From Chlamydiota bacterium (GTDB taxonomy: Bacteria > Auribacterota > JACPWU01), in the NCBI GenBank assembly GCA_016196885.1, contig JACPWU010000063.1, positions 1 through 32,000 on the forward strand: a stretch of 32,000 nt of DNA. Direction: 5' to 3'. Both the position numbers and the translations under genes were made by a program. Under the pieces are notes generated by a model. It did not search any database. It was given only the letters and a program-made list of their open reading frames with translations, and had not been told where the DNA came from. Below, in pieces: positions 1 to 8,650 of the stretch. Within the stretch, counting starts at the first letter, position 1, and every line of letters starts with the position of its first letter.

Positions 1-518
1 AAGAAATGCGTATGGCTTTGGATATTATTTTAAAATGGACACGCTCTTTAAAAGAATCTGGTTTTGAAAAAGAAATTCTCACCGTTGGAAATCCTGTGGA
101 TGGAGTTTATCTTTATCTTAAGTTGAAAGAAGAAAAAGAAGGAGTTCAGGCGCAGGAGGTTTTAGATTTAATCAGCTTGAACGGGGGAGGCCAATTTGGA
201 TCCGGGGTGGGGCTAGGTTGTATTGATTTTTATGGGAATGTTCATCCAGATCAATTTTCCATGGGGGTCACCTTGGGCAATGTAAAAGAGAGACCTTTCA
301 GTCAAATCTGGATGGATCTTAACAATGAACTTCTGCGGGGTCTCAAGAATCGCTTGCCCTTATTAAAAGGAAAGTGCGAGTTGTGTGATTGGAAGAATCA
401 ATGCGGCGGGGGCTTAAGAACGCGTGCCCATCTTGCCTTTGGTGACCCTTGGGCAGAAGATCCCGGATGTTATCTGACTTCAGAAGAGGTTCATTCATCC
501 TTGGCAAGTCTTTCGTGA
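1..518 (+). CDS. radical SAM enzyme, C-terminal SPASM-type auxiliary Fe-S region (5'-partial, continues upstream of window)
   Basis: Frame of ORF 6..518 is open to the window edge. The tail GKCELCDWKNQCGGGLRTRA...DPGCY matches the Cys-rich C-terminal pattern (CxxC...CGGGxRxRA) of NirJ/AhbD/PqqE-type radical SAM proteins. Confidence 0.6.
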   Translation, partial: EMRMALDIILKWTRSLKESGFEKEILTVGNPVDGVYLYLKLKEEKEGVQAQEVLDLISLNGGGQFGSGVGLGCIDFYGNVHPDQFSMGVTLGNVKERPFSQIWMDLNNELLRGLKNRLPLLKGKCELCDWKNQCGGGLRTRAHLAFGDPWAEDPGCYLTSEEVHSSLASLS

Positions 519-572
519 AATTCTTTTAGCCTTTTCAAGCTGTTCTCTTTGGTGTATCTTCCTTTTAAAATC

Positions 573-650
573 GGAGTCAAGGGTCAAGGGTCAAGGATTT
601 AAAGGTGTTTGGCTTTTTCTTGACCCATACCTCTTGTATCTTGACCCTGC
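573..650. repeat. heptamer-array hairpin (GTCAAGG x3 / CCTTGAC-type arm)
   Basis: GTCAAGG repeated at 576-582, 583-589 and 590-596. Complementary tcttgaccc...cttgaccctg arm at 618-648. A/T-rich loop. Confidence 0.8.
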
Positions 651-696
651 CGGTGTCTCCATTTATATCCAGTGAGTCAAAGGCTTGTTGATAATC

Positions 697-3600
697 ATGA
701 AAAAATCATTGCTTTACTTCGCTCTCTTCTTTTATTTTCTAGCCTTAGGCATTGCTTGGACTTACCCCTTGATTCGATATTTCGATCGGGGGATGCCTTA
801 TGCACACGCCCCCTCTAAAGAATGTGAATTGGTTCAATTGGCCCAAGGAGACTACATTCAGCTCTTTTATTTGATGTGGCTTTTTAAGGATGCGATTCAG
901 GGGGGGACGCCTTTTTTTCGAGATCCATATCAACTAAATCTTCCTCAATATGGCATGCAGGATTGTTTCAATAATCAATACCTTCCTTTATCTGCCGTCT
1001 ATGCACTCTTCGCTTCAATTCTAGGAGATATACAGGGGTACAACTTTTTGGTTCTTATGACGTTTCCCTTAGCAGGATTGGGATTCTTTCTCTTAGCCTT
1101 TGCTTGGACAAAGTCACGCTGGGGGAGTCTGATTGGAGCCACGATTTATGTTCTTTATCCCTTTCGCGTGGCCCATCTTTTGGGAGGGCATCCTGGAGGA
1201 TTTATGTATTTTCTTATTCCCTGGCTCATTTATTTTTACGCAATCGGTTTAGAGCGGAAAAGCTGGGTCTGGGGGTTGGCTGCGGGTCTCTCATTTTTTG
1301 GGCTTGGAATGGATGAGCTTCACATTGCCTATTATTTGCCTCTTTTCCTAGGCATATTTTTAGTGCTCCCACTTTTTCAATACACTTTTAAATTATCCTC
1401 TTCCATTTCTTGGCCTTCTTTATCTAATGTCTCGAAAGGTATTTTTCGCAAAGAATTTGTTCCTTATGTTGCGATCGTTTCATTTTTAGGTAGTTTACTC
1501 GGCCTTTTCTTGAGTTTGTGGTTTCTACGTCGGGTTCAAGAAATATGGATATGGCTTTTAATCCCTTCTGGCGGACTTTTTTTAAATTTTTTCTGGATAG
1601 GTTATGGCTGGTTTTATACAAGATTGACAGGAATCTCTTGGAAAAATGCCTTGAAGGAAGATGTCATCAGTTATGCACCCTTTGTATTTTTACCGGCGTA
1701 CATCGCTCAATTCTATTTTGATATTCCGGCATTGGGTGCACGTCTTTTCAGTGGTTGTTTGGTAGCGATGGGTCTCATCAAAATTTTTCAACTTCTGAAA
1801 CACAGGAAAGAAATTTTAAAAAGATCAGGTTTTTCTGTCAAAGGGGTGAGGGGGCGTTTTAAGGTTTTTGTTTCTTTTGTCATTCCCATGATTCTTCTAT
1901 TTGCATGGCTCTTTTTCGAAAAGCGTACGAAGTTGGATTCATCTGTGGTTAGCGGTGGGCGCTCTTTATCTGTTGTGAAGGGATATTCTGCCCATTTATC
2001 AGATATCTGGAATCGTTCCCAGAATAACATGGAAAGTTTGCTTTATCCTGGAGTCGTTCCCATTCTTCTCTTCGTTTTAGGATTCTTTATTTACACCCGT
2101 TATTTTCGTAAGAAAATTTCCAGTCGCGATAAAATTATTTTTGCCGTCATCGCCTGTCTTTTTATTTTAACGTATTTGCTTTCTTTAGGGTCTACCTTAC
2201 CTCTCTACAATTTATTTTATACCAATGTCCCTCATTTTGATTATATCCGCGTTCCCAGCCGGATTCTCTATTTGAGCTTTTTTCTTTTGTCTTTGCTGGC
2301 AAGTTATGGTTTTAAAATGCTTCAAAGCAAAAAAACAGGTCATACGGCAGGCGTCGCTTGCCTTGTTTTAATAGGCATAGGAATAGATTATTTTCCTGTT
2401 TATCGACCCGGTATCAGTTTAATGCCCAGAGTTCATCCCATTTATGAATATGTTCAGAAGAACTTAAAATTAGATGAAAGAATTTTGGAAGTTCCTATTT
2501 GGCCGGGCGAAAGCTCCTGGTCTTCGATTTATCAATACAATGCAACCCTTTATCGAACCCCCATGCTCAATGGCTATCGCCCCGTTATTTCATCGGATTA
2601 TGTGAGCCATGTTTTTAAACCTCTTTCTCCCTTGAATGCTGGTTATTTTGGACTTGAAGAATGGGAGCTTCTCAAAAAATGGAATGTAAAATTTATCTTG
2701 GTTCATGAAGAGGCCTTCCCTAAAAAGGTGAGTTCTTTCCCTCCCCATTTTACAACTTTAAGTTTTAGACAATCTCCTTTTCTAAAGAATGTGATGAATG
2801 ATCAAAGCACTTACCTTTTTGAAGTGCTGAGTCAGACAAGTCAAATAGATTTGGGACGAGCCCCCGTTAGTCCGATGATGACAGTCATAGAAGGGGAAAG
2901 CTTGAAAAAGAGGATGGGCTCTGTCGTGGAGTTAGAAGCAGCTTCCATGGGGCAGGCCCTTTATGTTTGTGACGAGCCGGCCTTGGGTTGGTGGGCCTTT
3001 GGGAAATCGTGTGGCTTGACAAAAGGTTCTTTCACTGCATCTTTTCGCATGAAGGGTGATTTCCTCAGAGAAAGAAAAGGGGAGGCTGTAGAATTGGAGA
3101 TTTGGGATAAAGATAAAAATTTACTTTTGGCGGATCGCGTTTTAAAGATAGAAGACTTTAATGAGACAAAGGATTTTCAGGAGTTTCAAGTGTCATTTAA
3201 ACTCGATCGTTATAGAGAGGTAGAGCCTCGTATAAGATATGGGGGACGAGGGCCTGTTTGGTTGGACCGGATCCTGTTGGGGTTTGATCAAAAATTTGAA
3301 GGCAAAGATGTGTTAGAGGCAGAAGAACTGTTTCATCAGGGAGAAATTTTAGAGGATAAGAGTGCATCTGGCGGTGAGGTTATTAGAATGGGTAAGCTTG
3401 GAGAGAAACGTAATATTCTTTTTGGCCCTTATCGTTTCTATGATGACGGGCGTTATACCGCTCGATTTTACTTGAAGGCTTCTGAAGGCGTTGAACAACC
3501 CTCTGATCAAGTAGCTGGAACTTTACTTGTAACAACTCTAAGTGGAAATAAGGTCTTATTTAAAAAAGAAATTTCACTTAAAGAGTTAAATCAAAAATTG

Positions 3601-3726
3601 GGTTATCAATCTTTTGATTTGAATTTTGAATTAAAAGAGATTCATGACCTAGAATTTACGGTCCTCTCAGAGGGTCAAGAGGATCTTTATGTGGACTGTG
3701 TTGAGATATCGAGCAAGACAGAATGA
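697..3726 (+). CDS. large polytopic membrane protein, GT-C-like (putative glycosyltransferase; function uncertain) with duplicated soluble C-terminal module
   Basis: 1013-aa ORF in track (TTG at 685); ATG at 697 gives MKKSLLYFALFF. About 600 aa of consecutive hydrophobic helices are followed by a soluble C-terminus holding two ~140-aa tandem repeats. The stop overlaps the next start (ATGA at 3723-3726). Confidence 0.8.
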   Translation: MKKSLLYFALFFYFLALGIAWTYPLIRYFDRGMPYAHAPSKECELVQLAQGDYIQLFYLMWLFKDAIQGGTPFFRDPYQLNLPQYGMQDCFNNQYLPLSAVYALFASILGDIQGYNFLVLMTFPLAGLGFFLLAFAWTKSRWGSLIGATIYVLYPFRVAHLLGGHPGGFMYFLIPWLIYFYAIGLERKSWVWGLAAGLSFFGLGMDELHIAYYLPLFLGIFLVLPLFQYTFKLSSSISWPSLSNVSKGIFRKEFVPYVAIVSFLGSLLGLFLSLWFLRRVQEIWIWLLIPSGGLFLNFFWIGYGWFYTRLTGISWKNALKEDVISYAPFVFLPAYIAQFYFDIPALGARLFSGCLVAMGLIKIFQLLKHRKEILKRSGFSVKGVRGRFKVFVSFVIPMILLFAWLFFEKRTKLDSSVVSGGRSLSVVKGYSAHLSDIWNRSQNNMESLLYPGVVPILLFVLGFFIYTRYFRKKISSRDKIIFAVIACLFILTYLLSLGSTLPLYNLFYTNVPHFDYIRVPSRILYLSFFLLSLLASYGFKMLQSKKTGHTAGVACLVLIGIGIDYFPVYRPGISLMPRVHPIYEYVQKNLKLDERILEVPIWPGESSWSSIYQYNATLYRTPMLNGYRPVISSDYVSHVFKPLSPLNAGYFGLEEWELLKKWNVKFILVHEEAFPKKVSSFPPHFTTLSFRQSPFLKNVMNDQSTYLFEVLSQTSQIDLGRAPVSPMMTVIEGESLKKRMGSVVELEAASMGQALYVCDEPALGWWAFGKSCGLTKGSFTASFRMKGDFLRERKGEAVELEIWDKDKNLLLADRVLKIEDFNETKDFQEFQVSFKLDRYREVEPRIRYGGRGPVWLDRILLGFDQKFEGKDVLEAEELFHQGEILEDKSASGGEVIRMGKLGEKRNILFGPYRFYDDGRYTARFYLKASEGVEQPSDQVAGTLLVTTLSGNKVLFKKEISLKELNQKLGYQSFDLNFELKEIHDLEFTVLSEGQEDLYVDCVEISSKTE

Positions 3727-5360
3727 AAAGAGATGTATCCGTTTTTAATAATAATATCTATGACCTCCTCGTCATTGGAGGCGGGATTTACGGCGCCTTC
3801 ATTGCCTGGGATGCGGTCTTGCGAGGTTTTTCGGTCGCTCTGGTCGAAAGAGGGGATTTTAGCGGCGCTACTTCTGCGAACAGCCAGAAAATTATTCACG
3901 GGGGTTTTCGCTATTTACAGCATGGCGATTTTAAGCGGATGAGGGAGTCCATTCGAGAGCGGACGAATTTGATGAGAATTGCCCCTCATTTGATTCACCC
4001 GCTTCCTGTTTTGGTTCCAACGTATGGACACGGAATAAAGAGCAAAGAAATTTTAAGAATGGCTCTGATGATGTATGATGCAGTCGGTTTTGACCGCAAT
4101 CAACTGTCAGATCCCGAAAAAAGAATTCCAAGAGGACGGATTTTTTCAAAGGAGAAAGTTCTTCAACTGCTCCCGAATTTTCCTCAAGAAGCATTAACGG
4201 GCGCAGGTGTTTTTTATGACGCCACTGTTTACAATTCAGAGAGATTAGTTATTTCTGTCTTAAAATCAGCTGAGCAAAAAGGGGTAAACCTTGCCAATTA
4301 TGTTGAAACCATCGGATTTATTCAGAAGGGGGATCGAGTCACAGGGATCGAGTGTCGTGATGCTTTAACGGGATCTACCTTCCCCGTACAAGCTCGGACG
4401 GTGGTTAACGCCTCAGGACCCTGGTTGTATCGCGTTTTATCTCTTTTAGAACCTTATCGCTCGCGTGTGAAATTTCCCCTGGTGAAGTCCTTTAATGTGA
4501 TCACCCGTTTGCTTTTTGAGAAGTATGCGGTTGGTCTTTACGGAAAAAATTCCTATCAGGATCAAGATGCTTTGTTGAATAAAGGAACGAGACTTTTTTT
4601 TGTGACACCTTGGAGAAATCATTCTGTGGTGGGAACAGCGCTTTCTTATTTTGAAGGTAATCCAGATGAACTGAAGGTGACGTCTGAAGAGATTGAAAAA
4701 TTTTTGGAGGATTTTAATTTGGCTTGTCCTCAAGCAAAATTAAAACCAGAAGAGGTGACCTTTGTCCATCGCGGGTTTTTACCCAGTGCGGGTTTGGGTG
4801 GAAAAGCAGGGGATGTCCAAATCTCAAAAAAGTATCGTATCATCAATCACCGTACGGATGGTTTGAATGGGCTTATTTCCGTCATAGGTGTCAAATACAC
4901 GACGGCTCGAGATGTGGCCGAAAAAGTGGTGGATCATGTTTTTGAATGTCGGGGAGATAAAGCCCCGCAGTCTTTGTCTCGATTCACTCCGGTTTACGGA
5001 GGGCAGATTGAAAAATTCGATGATTTCCTGAAGGATCAGATTAAGAACCGCTTAGCTGGATGGGATGAGAATTTGGTTCGTTCCCTTGTTTATAATTATG
5101 GCTCTTCTTATTCTGAAATAAAGGCCTCAAGCCCTCAGGATTTGATGAGGCACGAGGTGATTCATGCGATTCAGGAAGAAATGGCTCAGAAGCTAGTGGA
5201 TGTGGTTTTACGTCGGACAGAATGGGGGACAGCGGGATGTCCTGAGGATTCTATTCTTGACCTTTGTGCGCAAACCATGGCTTTGGAGTTGGGTTGGGAT
5301 TCAGCGAGAATTCGGTCAGAAATTGAAGAGGTAAAAAAATTTTATGCTTGGAGTATTTAG
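3723..5360 (+). CDS. FAD-dependent oxidoreductase, glycerol-3-phosphate dehydrogenase (GlpD) family
   Basis: N-terminus DLLVIGGGIYGAFIAWDAVLRGFSVALVERGDFSGATSANSQKIIHGGFRYLQ closely resembles the GlpD dinucleotide-binding region. 545 aa. Confidence 0.8.
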   Translation: MKRDVSVFNNNIYDLLVIGGGIYGAFIAWDAVLRGFSVALVERGDFSGATSANSQKIIHGGFRYLQHGDFKRMRESIRERTNLMRIAPHLIHPLPVLVPTYGHGIKSKEILRMALMMYDAVGFDRNQLSDPEKRIPRGRIFSKEKVLQLLPNFPQEALTGAGVFYDATVYNSERLVISVLKSAEQKGVNLANYVETIGFIQKGDRVTGIECRDALTGSTFPVQARTVVNASGPWLYRVLSLLEPYRSRVKFPLVKSFNVITRLLFEKYAVGLYGKNSYQDQDALLNKGTRLFFVTPWRNHSVVGTALSYFEGNPDELKVTSEEIEKFLEDFNLACPQAKLKPEEVTFVHRGFLPSAGLGGKAGDVQISKKYRIINHRTDGLNGLISVIGVKYTTARDVAEKVVDHVFECRGDKAPQSLSRFTPVYGGQIEKFDDFLKDQIKNRLAGWDENLVRSLVYNYGSSYSEIKASSPQDLMRHEVIHAIQEEMAQKLVDVVLRRTEWGTAGCPEDSILDLCAQTMALELGWDSARIRSEIEEVKKFYAWSI

Positions 5361-6652
5361 AGAAAATCAAATAAAATGTCCAAACTTTCTGCAAGCAGAT
5401 ACCAAGTCAGAATTTTTCTGAACTGGAATTTGCGAGAAGTTGCTGTAGAACTTAAACGTTCATCTTGAAAAATTTGAGCGTTGAGTGCTTCCTCGTAAAT
5501 CCAAAAAAGGGTATGACCCTTTTGCTCCCAAGAAAAATGTTCAATGGCTCTCTTTTTGAGGAGAGGACTTATTTTTTGCCGTTGGGGCTCACTCTTTAAA
5601 ATTTCCACCATTTTTTTCGAAAAGTCATTTGGAGTAGATGGGGAAACATAAATTCCCAGATCTCCCAAAATTTCTCGGTTGACGGGCGTATCAAAAACAA
5701 CCGTTGGAAGACCTTCTGCCATGTAATTCATTAACTTTCCGTTTCCCTCGCTTTGAGAGAGCTTAGGAGAGACGGCTACGTCACAGATTCCAAGGTGGTT
5801 GGGAACGTCCTGATACTCAATTCTTCCGGTAAAGGTCACGTACGTTCCTATATTTTTTTTGTCGCAAATTTTCTGATAATGCTTTTCATGGGGGTAGCCC
5901 ATGATGAGGAAGTGAACATTTTTTATTTCTTGGATAACGTGGGGAATTGATTTTATCAAAAGATCAACTCCTTGATAGCTGTTAAGCAGACCCAGATAAC
6001 CGATCACAAATACATGATTGGGAATATTTAATTTTTGTTTGAGTTGAGAGGACTTTAGTGTACCAGGTGAAACAGATTGTGAGGAGATGCCGTCTGGTAC
6101 AACACGGGTTTTATCTTTAGGCACTTTGAATTGCTTCTCAAAAAGCTCAGCAAGCCGATTTGAACTAAGAATGGTAATATCCGGAATATGATTGATTTTC
6201 TTTTCAAAGAATTGAAATATTTTAAGAATCCAGAGGTTGTTACCAGCGAAACGATGACTTCGAATCTCGTCCGTTAGGCTACCTTGAAAGTCTCCAATGA
6301 TAGGAATCCCAAACTTTTTTCTGAGTCGGCTTGCAATGAAAACACCTTCATGCAAATGGGCATGAATAAGATCGTAAGACTTTTTTCGAAGAATCTTTTT
6401 TGCCTTAAGGTATAACAACACGTCTAAATAAAATTTATGCCAGGATGGACCTGCCTCCAACTTCTTGTACCAGGGAATTCTTACGATTCTTTGGATATCC
6501 AGTCCAGGAATGTTTTTGCCGAGTGAGTAGGTGCATAGGGTCACCTGATGTCCCATTTCTTGAAGGGTTCTCGCCTCTTCATAGATTCGGACGTGGCAAC
6601 CCCGATCTGCAAAAAACGGAGTAGGAGCAATCATTAATATTTTGAGACTCAT
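5357..6652 (-). CDS. glycosyltransferase, family 4 (GT-B fold)
   Basis: MSLKILMIAPTPFFADRGCHVRIYEEARTLQEMGHQV N-terminus and a C-terminal SQSEGNGKLMNYMAEGLPTV segment (the EX7E region) are typical of GT4 enzymes. Its stop overlaps the convergent GlpD-like stop by 4 nt. Confidence 0.8.
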   Translation of the reverse strand: MSLKILMIAPTPFFADRGCHVRIYEEARTLQEMGHQVTLCTYSLGKNIPGLDIQRIVRIPWYKKLEAGPSWHKFYLDVLLYLKAKKILRKKSYDLIHAHLHEGVFIASRLRKKFGIPIIGDFQGSLTDEIRSHRFAGNNLWILKIFQFFEKKINHIPDITILSSNRLAELFEKQFKVPKDKTRVVPDGISSQSVSPGTLKSSQLKQKLNIPNHVFVIGYLGLLNSYQGVDLLIKSIPHVIQEIKNVHFLIMGYPHEKHYQKICDKKNIGTYVTFTGRIEYQDVPNHLGICDVAVSPKLSQSEGNGKLMNYMAEGLPTVVFDTPVNREILGDLGIYVSPSTPNDFSKKMVEILKSEPQRQKISPLLKKRAIEHFSWEQKGHTLFWIYEEALNAQIFQDERLSSTATSRKFQFRKILTWYLLAESLDILFDFL

Positions 6653-6796
6653 GACCCCATTCTGATAGGCCAGGCCTGGCTTGTCAAGAAAATGATAGGA
6701 AATGGTCCTTAAAAATATTAGGGGATTCCCTGATATTTGTTTTGATATTCTTCTTGGGTGTTTTTAATGGGATTTAGCGATAGATCATACATTACA

Positions 6797-6826
6797 TTGT
6801 CAAATGCCTTAGAGATTTGATATATT
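6797..6826 (+). promoter_or_regulatory. possible sigma70-type promoter for tRNA-Leu
   Basis: TTGTCA (6797-6802), 18-nt spacer, TATATT (6821-6826) preceded by TGA. Lies about 40 nt upstream of the tRNA. Confidence 0.35.
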
Positions 6827-6865
6827 GACCGAAACTTTTTTTAATGGATTCGATAAGAATTTGAA

Positions 6866-6951
6866 GCTGGGATGGTGGAACTGGCAGACACACTAGCTTG
6901 AGGGGCTAGCGCCCGTTACAGGGTATGGGGGTTCAAATCCCCCTCCCAGCA
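6866..6951 (+). tRNA. tRNA-Leu (anticodon GAG), class II with long variable arm; CCA not encoded
   Basis: Acceptor GCTGGGA/TCCCAGC. Anticodon stem CTAGC/GCTAG with loop TTGAGGG. Variable arm CGCCCGTTACAGGGTAT. T-arm GGGGG-TTCAAAT-CCCCC. Discriminator A. 86 nt. Confidence 0.9.
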
Positions 6952-7135
6952 ATTGCATGTAAAACTTTCAAAGGATGAGGAACTGAACGAGCAAAAAGTC
7001 CTTTCAAGGGCTTGGGGATTTGAACAGGAGGCCTGACCTAATATTAGCAAATCTGCCAGTGGCAGATTTGCAAGTCCCTAAGAGGGCCGGGTGGCCGACC
7101 GGAGGTCGAGTCCTCAAGGCCGAGACCGTAGGCGC

Positions 7136-7154
7136 CAAATCCCCCTCCCAGCAA
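7136..7154 (+). repeat. 19-nt exact direct repeat of the tRNA-Leu 3' end (att-like)
   Basis: caaatccccctcccagcaa occurs at 6934-6952 (inside the tRNA) and again at 7136-7154. The second copy lacks the 5' half of the T-stem. Confidence 0.85.
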
Positions 7155-7160
7155 GACATT

Positions 7161-7197
7161 TTAGATTTTGGATTTTAGATTTTAGAATATGGATTTT
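7161..7197. repeat. tandem heptamer array (TTAGATT-type), no complementary arm
   Basis: ttagatt ttggatt ttagatt ttagaat atggatt. Confidence 0.8.
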
Positions 7198-7357
7198 GAA
7201 ACATTTACCGGGACATCGGTGGTTGTTAAAACGTTTTTATTCTCATCTCACAAGTCGGTTCATTTAAGTTTTATTTTTAACATTCCGACAGCACTAAGGA
7301 TAAGGAAACTCAAGACTATAACAAGCAAGATTATCCATGTAAGAGAGATAGGCTTCC

Positions 7358-7702
7358 TTAGTGTGAAGATGAGAGATTGATCTCCTTCTTCTTTTCAAAT
7401 CTTTCGCAGGTGTCTGTTGCTGTAACCTCCTTGTTCCAAAGGATGCACTTTTGGGTCCAAGGGTTAACAACATAATTCTTACAGTATTGACAAATTTTTC
7501 TTTCCTCATTCGGATTAAAAATGTCCTGGCCTTTCCGTTGGCTATAAGGAATCTCTCCTTCTTGAAATTCAAGTTTACAAAAAGAGCAAATCTTTTTCTC
7601 TCCGATCAGGTTGAAGAAATCATCAAATAATTTTTCAACTTTAAGAGGGGTCTCTTGCTGGCATTTTGGACAGTAGATAAGAACCGGTTTTTTTTCTTGC
7701 AT
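7358..7702 (-). CDS. small Cys-rich (zinc-ribbon-like) protein, unknown function
   Basis: Internal ATG at 7702 gives 114 aa (MQEKKPVLIYCPKCQQ...) with CPKC, CSFC and CQYC motifs plus two more Cys. The longer 153-aa track ORF would run into the nuo promoter region. Confidence 0.55.
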   Translation of the reverse strand: MQEKKPVLIYCPKCQQETPLKVEKLFDDFFNLIGEKKICSFCKLEFQEGEIPYSQRKGQDIFNPNEERKICQYCKNYVVNPWTQKCILWNKEVTATDTCERFEKKKEINLSSSH

Positions 7703-7752
7703 GGGGTGTAGAATAGCATGATTTTGACGGTCAAACCAGGGACTATGATTAC

Positions 7753-7781
7753 TTGACAGTGCGTATGCACGATCGTAGAAT
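7753..7781 (+). promoter_or_regulatory. likely sigma70-type promoter of the nuo operon
   Basis: TTGACA (7753-7758), 17-nt spacer, TAGAAT (7776-7781). Lies about 40 nt upstream of the nuoA ATG. RBS GAAGGA at 7804-7809. Confidence 0.5.
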
Positions 7782-7818
7782 GGCGGTTCTAAAAAGGCGA
7801 CACGAAGGATCCCATTCA

Positions 7819-8172
7819 ATGATGGAATACGCGAGTTTATTGATTGTTTTTGCCTTTGCGGCTTTTGTTGCGGGCCTGCTTATTTTTCTGACCAGTATTC
7901 TGGGTCCGAGGCGGAAGTCCGAAGTAAAGGAACAGCCTTTTGAATGCGGTTTTGATCCTATTACTTTACCTCGAGGCCGCTTCGGAGTGAAATTTTATTT
8001 GGTCGCGATGTTGTTTATTATTTTTGATGTAGAATTGGTTTTCTTGTTTCCTTGGGCGGTTGTGTTTAAGAAGTTGGGAGCGATGGGTCTCTTGGAAATG
8101 ATCGCTTTTTTGGGTATTGTCGTCGTGGGTTTGGTTTATGCCTGGAAAAAAGGGGCATTGGAGTGGGAGTAA
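7819..8172 (+). CDS. nuoA: NADH-quinone oxidoreductase subunit A
   Basis: MMEYASLLIVFAFAAF..., three hydrophobic helices, and QPFECGF motif (ND3/NuoA YECGF). Start chosen at the ATG following the RBS, not the track start 7753. Confidence 0.9.
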   Translation: MMEYASLLIVFAFAAFVAGLLIFLTSILGPRRKSEVKEQPFECGFDPITLPRGRFGVKFYLVAMLFIIFDVELVFLFPWAVVFKKLGAMGLLEMIAFLGIVVVGLVYAWKKGALEWE

Positions 8173-8176
8173 AAAT

Positions 8177-8647
8177 ATGAAAATGTTGGAATCAGCAACA
8201 GGTTTTTTTACTTCTCGTCTTCAAGACGCCATCGGATGGGCGAGGAAATATTCTATTTTCCAATATCCTTTTGTAACCGCCTGTTGTGGGATGGAATACA
8301 TGGCGACGGCTGCTTCTCATTATGACATGGATCGTTTTGGGGCAGGTCTGGTGCGATTTTCGCCTCGGCAATCCGATGTGCTTTTTGTGGTGGGGACCAT
8401 CAGTCAGAAAATGGCGCCGATCTTAAAGAAAATTTATGATCAGATATGTGAGCCCAAATGGGTGGTGGCCTTTGGCGTATGCACCTGTACGGGCGGGTTC
8501 TATGATAATTACGCAACGGTGATGGGGATTGACACGATTATTCCGGTGGATGTTTATATTCCGGGATGTCCTCCCAGACCTGAGAATGTGCTGGATGGAC
8601 TGATGAAACTTCAAGAGAAGATTCAGAGGCAGAAACAAGAAGTATAA
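8177..8647 (+). CDS. nuoB: NADH-quinone oxidoreductase subunit B
   Basis: TACCGMEYMA, FGVCTCTGG and IPGCPPRPE (cluster N2 ligand motifs). ATG at 8177 lies just after the nuoA stop. Confidence 0.93.
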   Translation: MKMLESATGFFTSRLQDAIGWARKYSIFQYPFVTACCGMEYMATAASHYDMDRFGAGLVRFSPRQSDVLFVVGTISQKMAPILKKIYDQICEPKWVVAFGVCTCTGGFYDNYATVMGIDTIIPVDVYIPGCPPRPENVLDGLMKLQEKIQRQKQEV

Positions 8648-8650
8648 AAA

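Noticed and set aside
5357-5360. Overlapping convergent stop codons (TTAG) of the GlpD-like and GT4 genes
   Set aside because: This is a trivial 4-nt overlap of convergent genes. It is notable only as one of the few gene ends here without an array hairpin.
6952-7154. tmRNA or a second (pseudo-)tRNA downstream of tRNA-Leu
   Set aside because: Only the last 19 nt match a tRNA 3' end. There is no T-stem partner, no matching 5' acceptor strand and no tag reading frame. A T-arm-like gagg-tcgagt-cctc has a 6-nt loop and no acceptor pairing.
7723-7735. Palindrome TTTGACGGTCAAA as an FNR/CRP or Rex site
   Set aside because: The half-site spacing (1 nt) does not fit FNR (TTGAT-N4-ATCAA), CRP (TGTGA-N6-TCACA) or Rex consensus sites. 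It is kept only as an unassigned operator-like palindrome.
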